Shown piece after piece: positions 28,333 through 36,321 of a stretch of 64,000 nucleotides of DNA (positions within the stretch are counted from its first letter, which is position 1; each line of letters begins with the position of its first letter). Made by a program: the position numbers and the translations under genes. Under the pieces are notes generated by a model that searched no databases, had not been told where the DNA came from, and was given only the letters and a program-made list of their open reading frames with translations. Source of the DNA: an uncultured Chloroflexia bacterium (GTDB lineage: Bacteria > Chloroflexota > Limnocylindria > Limnocylindrales > CSP1-4); contig CAVWRX010000005.1 of NCBI GenBank assembly GCA_963757595.1, positions 1,508-65,507 of the forward strand. Direction: 5' to 3'.

Positions 28333-29768
28333 AACGGCGGCAGCGCGTCGAACTTCACCTACTCCGCCACCGGCGACCAGACCCCGCCACGTACGACAGC
28401 ACGTCGGGCCTGACCACCTCGGCCTATGACCTCGGTGGTCGGCTCCTCACCGTCACCCCGCCCGGCGGGAGCGCCACGACGTACGGTCACGACGCCCTGG
28501 GCCGGATCAGCACCCGGACGACCGGTGCCTCCGTCGACACCTTGAGCTACATCGGCTGGAGCGACGTCGCCTGGCAGATCGCCAACACCGGTGGCACCGG
28601 GATCACCACGAAGAGCGCCCTCGACGCTACCGGTGCCCGGACCGCGGTCGCCGACGGCACCCACACCGGGTATCTGGGCTTCGATCTCCACGGCAACACC
28701 GCCCTCGCCGAGAACGGTGCCAAGACCGTCACCGACGCCCTCCGCTACGACGCCTGGGGCGAGGTCATCGCGAGTGCGTCCTCCGGTCTCTCATCTCCCT
28801 GGCGCTACCAGGGCCGGCTCGACATCGGGCCCGACACGACGAACCCGCTCTATGACTTCGGGGCCCGCACGTACCGCCCGGTCGAGGGCACGTTCACGAG
28901 CCTCGACTCCTATGCCGGGCAGGTCCTGGACCCGCTATCGATGAACCGCTTCCTGTATGCCGAGGCCAACCCGGCGACGCTCGTCGATCCGGACGGGCAC
29001 AAGACCTGCCGCGGCAACAACGACGCCAACTGCGACAGCTTCACCGGGCTGACACCGACCCAGGCTCAGGCGGTCCAGAAGACGTGGGACGCCAAGTACG
29101 GCGGCGTCGGCTCGGCCGGCTGGTGGATCGACAAGCAGGAGATCAGCCACGCCAAGGCGGGTGGAGCAGCAACCTACGTGCCGGCTGGCGACTACCTGAC
29201 CCCGAGCAGCTTCAGCCTGACCGTACCGGTGAGCAACATGGCGCTAGCCGCCTGCCCGACCTGCGTTGCTGACTCCACCGGATACGTCTATGACCCTAAC
29301 GGCCTCGATCCGTGGGGATCTCCGTTTCCCTTGGCGTGTACGGGGGCGAGAGATGTGCGAGGCTGTCTCCAATACGTCACGTATCTGAACGATACCAACC
29401 ATCTGCCGACCGCGGCCCAGATCAGTCTGGGAGCCTCAACATTGGCGATTCCACTCGACATCGCCGCTGTCGCCGGCGCCTTTAGTGGACCGGCCGACTT
29501 GCCTGCCTATGTCGCTGGCGGGCTGACGGCGGTTGCGATCGCAGCCGGCGCAATCGCGGCCACGTCGTCGTGCATCGTCGCACCGTCGGCCTCGTGCGGA
29601 CCTGACGCGGGGGCGTTCGTCTTTGCGCTCACCGGGCCGGTTGCTGCCGCTGCGAAGGGGGCTCGTCTCCTTCTTCAAAACGTAGCCGACACGTATCACT
29701 TGGCGGGCGATGCCGCGAGTGCCGTTCTGGGCTGGCTCGGTCAACTCGATCCCCGGTACAACCACTAG
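28333..29768 (+). pseudogene. orphan, 5'-truncated Rhs/YD-repeat core tail with a C-terminal polymorphic toxin domain (no start codon; one frame change at 28382-28388)
   Basis: YD repeats: NFTYSATGDQTP / ATYDSTSGLTTSAYDLGGRLLTV / TTYGHDALGRIS / RYDAWGEV. Rhs core end: WRYQGRLD...LYDFGARTYRPVEGTFTSLDS...NRFLYAEANPATLVDPDGH (DPDGH at 28986-29000). A 255-aa unrelated C-terminal domain follows. The first ~18 codons are in the frame of ORF 27733..28413 and the rest are in ORF 28179..29768. Confidence 0.8.
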
Positions 29769-29780
29769 CCAGATGCGAAG

Positions 29781-30152
29781 GTGACCACCCCGCGAATTCC
29801 GCCTTCGCTCCTGCCGGGCAGGTCGGCACGTGACTGGTGGGTCGTGACGCTCAAATCGCTGGTCGTCGCCGCGATCGGCTTCGGTCTGGCCTGGGTCTCG
29901 TCCTTGATCCTGCTCGGTTGGCTCCATTGGGTTGTTGGCGGAGTCGCCATCGTCTGTATGTTTGGATCGAGCGTCGGCGTTGCCGTGAGTACCGCGCAAG
30001 GCTACCGCGCCAGTCGCCGCGAGCGGGAGGCCGGCTACACCACGACCGGCTACGTCGATCCGGAGCTGTGGCAGCTGCATTGGAAGACGGGCGCGGTCAT
30101 CGAGAAGCCTCGCAGCATGCGCGAGAGACCGCCCGGCTCGGAGCCCCCCTGA
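29781..30152 (+). CDS. small membrane protein, candidate immunity protein for the Rhs C-terminal toxin
   Basis: 123-aa ORF starting 13 nt after the toxin stop. Two or three TM helices (WWVVTLKSLVVAAIGFGLAWVSSLILLGWLHWVVGGVAIVCMFGSSVGVAV). The immunity assignment rests on position only. Confidence 0.5.
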   Translation: MTTPRIPPSLLPGRSARDWWVVTLKSLVVAAIGFGLAWVSSLILLGWLHWVVGGVAIVCMFGSSVGVAVSTAQGYRASRREREAGYTTTGYVDPELWQLHWKTGAVIEKPRSMRERPPGSEPP

Positions 30153-30277
30153 TCGTCGGTCCGGCCGACGATCAGACTGACGAGCTTGCCACCCAGCCGG
30201 TCAACGGTGGCCCGGCACGAACGGTCACTTCGAAGCAGACGACAGCACCATCCACCCATCGTGTCGGGCGCGGGCCC

Positions 30278-30505
30278 TCAGTGCGGTGGGCGCTTCCGGG
30301 CCGCGCACTGAGCGTCGATCCAGGCCTTGCCAGCGTCCCAGTAGGCGCTCCCGCGCTCGAGTCCCTGCAGGACGGCTTCGGCCTCCCACGCATCGCACCA
30401 GCGTTCCGCGACGTCTTGATCCAGGCCGCGGCTCTGCATGATCGTGTTGCGGATCGCGGCACGGCGGGCCTGATGGATGCGCCCGGGATCAGCACGGCGA
30501 CTCAT
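30278..30505 (-). CDS. small hypothetical protein (75 aa), full-length copy of the duplicated gene
   Basis: ORF MSRRADPGRIHQARRAAIRNTIMQSRGLDQDVAERWCDAWEAEAVLQGLERGSAYWDAGKAWIDAQCAARKRPPH. A paralogous fragment lies at 28198..28332. The differences between the copies leave both frames open. Confidence 0.55.
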   Translation of the reverse strand: MSRRADPGRIHQARRAAIRNTIMQSRGLDQDVAERWCDAWEAEAVLQGLERGSAYWDAGKAWIDAQCAARKRPPH

Positions 30506-30577
30506 GGCTCCATCGTACGAGCACCGGCGCGCCAGCTACGCTGACACGACCGCACACCGGACCAATCGACCAGCTGG

Positions 30578-30799
30578 TCATTGGGTTGGCAGATCGGTGA
30601 ATCCGGCCGAGGCCCGTCGTAGCCATCTCGTCGCGATCACGAGAGCCCGACGACCATCCCCGAGCTTCTCGAGGGCGGTGACCTTGGCCGGCTCGACGAG
30701 ATCCTCCACGTGCGCCTCGGCCTGAGCCGCAACGGCATCGGGATGCCCAGGCTCGCCCGGTAGCAGCCCATCGAGCTCGGCGAGGCGCATCGCCAGCAC
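30578..30799 (-). CDS. hypothetical protein, or the 3' segment of a decayed HTH/coiled-coil gene
   Basis: 73-aa ORF. Upstream out-of-frame segments (to 30994) encode an HTH-like start and a coiled-coil-like stretch; see findings. Confidence 0.3.
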   Translation of the reverse strand: MLAMRLAELDGLLPGEPGHPDAVAAQAEAHVEDLVEPAKVTALEKLGDGRRALVIATRWLRRASAGFTDLPTQ

Positions 30800-31233
30800 G
30801 GTCTGGCGCTGAACCCGCCGGGGAAGGCGTCGTCCTCCGCCGGTCGGGCCGCGAGCGTGGCTTCGAGGGTCGCGATCCGCTCTTCGAGCTCACCCGTCTC
30901 GGTCCTGCTCGCGGCGGCGCCTGTGTCGGCCCCAGGTTTGCAAATCGCTCACGTCAACGCCTCGGACGCGAGCCGCGTCGTGGACCCTGCCCATCAGGCC
31001 GCCACCCCCGTCTCGATGTCACTCTCCGGGCCCGACGTCAGCCCGAGTACAAACAGCGTGCTCCTCGGAAGTCCCGGCTACGTCACGGTGCGAATCGGTC
31101 CCGCTGTCGATCCTGGGACCGGCGAGGCCGACGACACGGTTTGTCCAAACCAGCTGCCCGCCGGGCCGTAAGGAGAGGGCGGAAAGTCAGCCCGGTCCGG
31201 CCCACCGTTCGAGGCCGCGGCTACACTGATGCT

Positions 31234-31752
31234 GTGGACCTCGGCGTCATCCGTCCCTTCTACGCCGACTGGGAAGCGTACAACCGCCATATCGTCGAGG
31301 TCGTCGCTGAGATGACCGGCGAGCAGCTTGCCGTGCAGCCGGCACCGGCGCGTTGGCCCCTATGGGCGACCGTCGGTCACATGGCGGGCGTGCGTGTGTT
31401 CTGGCTGTGCCACATGCTAGGCGAGCCGGGAATCGAGACCACGCCGTTTGCCGATCCCACGCTCGACGGCGGCTGGGAGGACGACCTCGACCACCCGCGC
31501 AGCGCCGACGAGCTCGTCGGCGCGCTCCAGAGCACGTGGTTCCTGATCGCCGGTTGCCTCGATCGGTGGACACCCGCGATGCTCGACGAGACGATCGTCA
31601 CCGAGTCGCGCCGATCGTTCAGTCGGCAGTCGATCCTGCTTCGCCTGCTCTCGCACGACGCGTACCACGCGGGCGAGTTGTCGCAGACCCTTGGCATCGC
31701 GGGCCTGCCGCAGATCGACCTGTGGCCGCCGGAGGATCACCCCCCTCTCTAG
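31234..31752 (+). CDS. DinB-family (DinB_2-like) four-helix-bundle protein
   Basis: GTG at 31234 within ORF 31141..31752. Segments: FYADWEAYNRHIVEVVAEMTGEQL, WPLWATVGHMAG, LLRLLSHDAYHAGEL (His triad spacing typical of DinB). Confidence 0.7.
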   Translation: MDLGVIRPFYADWEAYNRHIVEVVAEMTGEQLAVQPAPARWPLWATVGHMAGVRVFWLCHMLGEPGIETTPFADPTLDGGWEDDLDHPRSADELVGALQSTWFLIAGCLDRWTPAMLDETIVTESRRSFSRQSILLRLLSHDAYHAGELSQTLGIAGLPQIDLWPPEDHPPL

Positions 31753-32018
31753 CCTCGGCCCAGCCCACATCGCCAACCACCCGAAGCCACCGAATAGATG
31801 GGTGAGCCCCGGCTTCCCGACGACCCACGCTGGTTCGTGCGCCCAGTGGTACCACGCATGTGGATCCAGTGTCCGCCCTCATCTGAACCCGGACGCGTGT
31901 GGGTCGCATGGGACTCACATGGCGAGGGCGCCTTGAGCCACCGGTGCCCATCCGCACGGCAGTCCACTGCCAAGATCGTTCCATCGTGCCGAGGCGTGCT
32001 CCGCGTCTCGGCGAGCGG

Positions 32019-32513
32019 TCATCGCTGTTTCGGCTTCAGCTGCTCGATGAGGGCGAGCTTGTCGAACTCGTGCCAGTGCTCGGAGACCTGACCGTCTCGG
32101 ATACGGAAGATGTGGATCTCCGAGATCGAGTAGCGGTTGCCGCTTGGCGGCAGGCCCATGAATGTGCCCGAGTGCGTGGCGCTCGAGGTCAGCCGAACGA
32201 CGACGCGATCGCCCTCGGCGATGACATCGTCGATCCGGAACTCGGGGTCGCGGAGGCCGGCAGCGACGCGCGCCATCGCCTGCTTGATGGGTTCTCGACC
32301 AGCTGCGAGCGAGCCAAACGTGTGCGGCGTGAAGTCCTGGGTGGCAAGCTCGTCGACCGCATCCGGGTCGCCGTGCACGAAGACCTCGTCGATGAAGCGA
32401 AGGGCGACGCGCTTGTTGGCCTCGAGCGGCTCATCGACGGTGGTCACAAGGCCAGTCTCGGCGCAGAACCTGCGCCAGTCAATGACCGCAAGAGGCGGCC
32501 TGGACGGACCCAC
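32019..32513 (-). CDS. SnoaL-like / NTF2-fold protein (predicted ester cyclase family)
   Basis: 164-aa ORF. Segments: NKRVALRFIDEVFVHGDPDAVDELATQDFTPH...GDRVVVRLTSSATHSGTFMGLPPSGNRYSISEIHIFRIRDGQVSEHW. The start may be internal. Confidence 0.7.
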   Translation of the reverse strand: MGPSRPPLAVIDWRRFCAETGLVTTVDEPLEANKRVALRFIDEVFVHGDPDAVDELATQDFTPHTFGSLAAGREPIKQAMARVAAGLRDPEFRIDDVIAEGDRVVVRLTSSATHSGTFMGLPPSGNRYSISEIHIFRIRDGQVSEHWHEFDKLALIEQLKPKQR

Positions 32514-32668
32514 GGCCGCTCACTGAAGTACTGCCGCCGCGAGCGCTCGAAGGGCACGGCCGGAGCCGCTGTCCGGATCAACGCGGCGACGCTGCGCCCA
32601 CAGCCTTGCCGACGGCCAGCCATCGGAGGACCGACGGCGTGAACACACGGCTCGTCCCGATCTGGCCC

Positions 32669-33205
32669 CTACGGCATCACCCACCCGGCTGGCGGGACTT
32701 GGAAAGCTGCGACAAAGGCGATCCACATCGGACTCGGCGCGGGGCTCGGCCCGGTCGCCGGCTGCAGGTGCAGGGAAACGGCGGCGACCTTGGCCGAGCC
32801 TGTGAAGCTCACCCAGCCATGCATGGTCGTTCCGGACATGACGAACGGCCCGAAACAGATCTGCGGCGTATCGACCCCTGGCCACAGGGTGCCGCAGTCG
32901 AACGGCTGGGGCTGAAGGACGATCCGGGCGATCGGCAGTCCGAGCCTTGCGATGGCGATGCGCACGGCGTCGATCGCTGGCGGGCAGGGATCGGCGATCG
33001 AGTAGGGCGAGGGCCCCGGCTCCGGGACGCAGACGTCGGTCTCGGCCGGCGGCGTCGAGGTTGGCTGCGGCGTGACCGGGAATGGCGTGCCGACCGGAGA
33101 GGCGACGGGGTAATCCGTTGGCGGCGCAGGTGATGAGCTCGGAGCCGGGCTCGCGCACGCCGCGACGGCGAACACGACAGCGGCAAGGGCGATCAGTGCT
33201 TTCAC
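32669..33205 (-). CDS. lipoprotein, Pro-rich N-terminal linker, unknown function
   Basis: Signal peptide plus lipobox MKALIALAAVVFAVAAC. 178 aa. The C-terminal peptide VPPAGWVMP also occurs as an isolated remnant at 26238-26264. Confidence 0.65.
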   Translation of the reverse strand: MKALIALAAVVFAVAACASPAPSSSPAPPTDYPVASPVGTPFPVTPQPTSTPPAETDVCVPEPGPSPYSIADPCPPAIDAVRIAIARLGLPIARIVLQPQPFDCGTLWPGVDTPQICFGPFVMSGTTMHGWVSFTGSAKVAAVSLHLQPATGPSPAPSPMWIAFVAAFQVPPAGWVMP

Positions 33206-33254
33206 GTCTCCTCAGACGGTACGAGCGAGTCCGTTGATGCGGCCGGTCTTCCGC

Positions 33255-34662
33255 TTACGAGGAGATCGCCGTGGCCACCCAGAGCGCATACGTCGCGGCG
33301 CCATAGGCGGACACCGCGATCCGGTCAGGAAGGACGACCGCGCCGGCCACGAAGAAGCCCTGCGCGCCCGTGGCGTCGTAGTAGCCGATCTTCGGCAGGC
33401 TCGTCGAACCGGTGAACGCCAGCCGGACCCACATGACACCGTCGGTCGAGACCCAGGCCGCCATCGTGTCCGAGCCGGGCACCTCGCGGTCGAGGATCAC
33501 GATGTGCCGGCCATCCGACGTCATCACCGTCGAGCCGGGGAGCGGGGCCGAATCGAAGGCGGGCAGTTCCATGCCCAGCCGCCCCGCGACGCGCCAGGTT
33601 GTGCCGTCGGCCGAGGACCAGCCGCTCGGGGTGGTGTCGCCGGTGACCGGAGAGCCTGACACCGATCGCGAACAATCCGTCCGCCCCGGCCTCCACCTCG
33701 CTCAGCTGGCCACCTTCGATCTCGATCCCGTCGACCGCGGCTACGGTCCAGTGGATCCCGTCCGGCGAGACCCAGGCAGCAGGCCGGCCCAGGCCCAGCG
33801 GCACCGGGTTCGCTGGGTCAACGACCTCGGACGGATGATCCGGTTCGCCGTCTCGCCCGACGATGACGAACCCGTCCGGATACGCAACGGCATCCCGGAA
33901 GACCGCCTGGTCGAAGCCCTGCGTCAGGTCGGCCCGCGCCCAGGTCAGGCCGTCGACCGAGTGGAACACGACCGGGACGGAGGGCGGCACTGGCTGGCCC
34001 GCCTGACGCACACCGTTGCCCTGGTAGCCGACCGCGATGAGCCCGGCATCGCCCGCGGCGATCCAGTTGGGCGCGCCGGCATTCGACCAGGCAGCGTGCC
34101 AGCTCGGGCTGTCGACGGTCGCCCAGTTCGTTCCGTCGGTGGACGTCCACAGCTCAGGCGAGAAGTCGGGCGTGAGGGCAGGTCGTGTCGCCGGGCAGTC
34201 CACCCCGCCGCCTTCCGCCGTGGCGAGCAGTCGGCCGTCGAGGACGAACAGGTGCGTCATCCACTCGCCCGACCGCAGCAGATCGACGGTCTGGGCGACC
34301 GTCCAGTCGAGCCCGTCCGGCGAGGTCAGGAACGCACCCTTCAGGTTGCGTTCCGGGTCGGTGATGCCCGTTTCGCCGATGGCGACGTACGTGTCGTTCC
34401 AGGCAACGATGTCGACGATTCGCAGCCCGCCGGGGGCAGACAGCTCGACCGGATCGGACCAACGAAGGCCCGTCCACATGCTCGGTGCCGGCGTCGGGGA
34501 CTCCAACGCGCTCGGGACCGGGCTCGCGCTGGGGCTCGGATTCGACGTGCCGACCGTTGGACTCTGCGTCCCGACTCCGCTGCAGCCCGCCGAAAGCACG
34601 AGGACGAGGGCCGCGACGAGCCCAGTCAGGCGATGCGCCCGGAGCGAGATGAAGCCTGCCAT
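33255..34662 (-). CDS. lipoprotein with six Asp-box/BNR-like repeats (beta-propeller), frame broken once in this assembly
   Basis: Lipobox LVLVLSAGC. Repeats: SPDGLDWTV, STDGTNWATV, SVDGLTWARA, SPDGIHWTV (ORF 33325..34662), then SADGTTWRV and STDGVMWVRL in ORF 33255..33662. The break lies near 33655-33670. Confidence 0.7.
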
Positions 34663-34953
34663 AACGCCATCCTTGCTCGCAATCCGCGAGTCGGGACGCC
34701 TTGCGCGGGTCGAGACGCGGGGCGAGACGCGGCGACAGGCCCGTGGACGGCACGTTCCCAGCGCGGACCGACCGTACTGTCACGACCTTATCCGCGGCCG
34801 GGCCAGACAGCCAGAGCCGAACGGCCTCAACCATCCACGCAATTGGGAAGCGTGCGACCCGTGGTCCACGATTGTCTCGTCGTGTCGCGTCGGGTGACGA
34901 CCGCGAGCCACCCTTCTGCCGGAGCGATGGCCCTCTAGGGCTAGACTCGACCA

Positions 34954-35880
34954 ATGCGATACGTGGAGACCGAGGGCCTGTGCGTTTCCGCGATTGGGCT
35001 GGGAACCTGGCAGTTCGGCTCCCGGGAGTGGGGCTACGGTGCTACCTACGCGTCCGACATCGCTCCGGCGCTCGTGCGCCGCGCCGCTGAGCTCGGGATC
35101 ACCCTGATTGACACCGCCGAGGTGTACGGCCCAGGCCACTCGGAGCGAATCATCGGCGCCACCCTCGCGGCGATGCCGGCGGCGGAGCGCGACCCCCTCG
35201 TGGTCGCGACGAAGTTCATGCCGATCGTGCCTGCTGAGCCGATCCTCGCCCGACAGGCCGCCGGCAGTCGCCGCCGCCTTGGCGTCGACACGATCGACCT
35301 CTACTACGCCCACTGGCCGAACCCCCTCGTCTCGGTGCGGCGGGTGATGCAGGCGGTCCGTCCGCTCCTGGCGTCGGGGCTCGTCCGGCGTGTCGGGGTG
35401 AGCAACTACTCGCTGGAGCAGTGGCGCGCTGCGGAGCGCGCTCTTCGGGCCCCGGTCGTCGCGAACCAGGTCCGGTTCAGCCTCGTCAGTCCCGGGCCGG
35501 CCCGGGACCTCGTACCGTACGCGACGGCGGAGAACCGGTTGGTCGTTGCGTACTCGCCGTTGGCTCAGGGCCTGATCACGGGATCCGCAGCCGCGGGGCC
35601 CGCGCGTGGAATGCGGGCCATGAACCCGTTGTCCCGGCCGGGCGGCCAGCGGCGGATGGCCCCGCTGCTCGAGGCGGTCCGCGAAAGTGCCGCCGCGCAC
35701 GACGCCACGGCTGCCCAGGTCGCCTTGGCGTGGGTCCTCCACCACCCAAACACGGTCGCGATCCCGGGTGCCCGGACGGTCGAGCAGCTCGAGGAGAACG
35801 CCGCGGCTGCCGACCTTGTGCTGACCGACGCCGAATTCGCACGCCTCTCGGTCGAGGCGGAGGCCCTGGCCCAGGACTGA
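34954..35880 (+). CDS. aldo/keto reductase
   Basis: 308-aa ORF. Segments: GLGTWQFG, IDTAEVYG, DLYYAHWP, VGVSNYS, IPGARTVEQLEEN. Confidence 0.9.
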   Translation: MRYVETEGLCVSAIGLGTWQFGSREWGYGATYASDIAPALVRRAAELGITLIDTAEVYGPGHSERIIGATLAAMPAAERDPLVVATKFMPIVPAEPILARQAAGSRRRLGVDTIDLYYAHWPNPLVSVRRVMQAVRPLLASGLVRRVGVSNYSLEQWRAAERALRAPVVANQVRFSLVSPGPARDLVPYATAENRLVVAYSPLAQGLITGSAAAGPARGMRAMNPLSRPGGQRRMAPLLEAVRESAAAHDATAAQVALAWVLHHPNTVAIPGARTVEQLEENAAAADLVLTDAEFARLSVEAEALAQD

Positions 35881-36321
35881 CCCATTGCGTGCCATACGGT
35901 CCGGACAGTGCCCGCGAAAGGGCTTGAAGATCGCGCGCGGCCGACGGTTGCGGGCAGTAGCCGGCGCACGGGGATCGATGGCCCAGGCGGCCGTCGCCGC
36001 TCCCACGAAACGTGACGGACCGTCATGACAGCCCCGCCTCGACGCCGGATAGTGCGGGTCGGCCCCGGCGCGCCCGCTGACATGCAGCACGCCAGCCCGC
36101 AATCCGGGGGGATGCCGGCCGGACCTTTCATCGGGATCTCCGTCCTGGGCCTGATCGTGGTCCTCGCCGGCGATCTCCGGGCTCGAGTGAGCCGCAATCG
36201 CTGAAGTCCTACGCGGTGGGGTTTCGATTCGGCCGAACGGCCCAGGTCGGAGTCTCACCGGTGTCCAGAAGGCGCTGAGCATGACCGATCTCGAAGACGC
36301 ATTTGGACGGTCGGAGCGCCG

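Noticed and set aside
30857-31171. 104-aa plus-strand ORF in the gap between the Rhs cassette and DinB.
   Set aside because: It is low-complexity and Ser/Ala/Val/Pro-rich, and it lies antisense to the decayed HTH-like segments. No motif or RBS is present.
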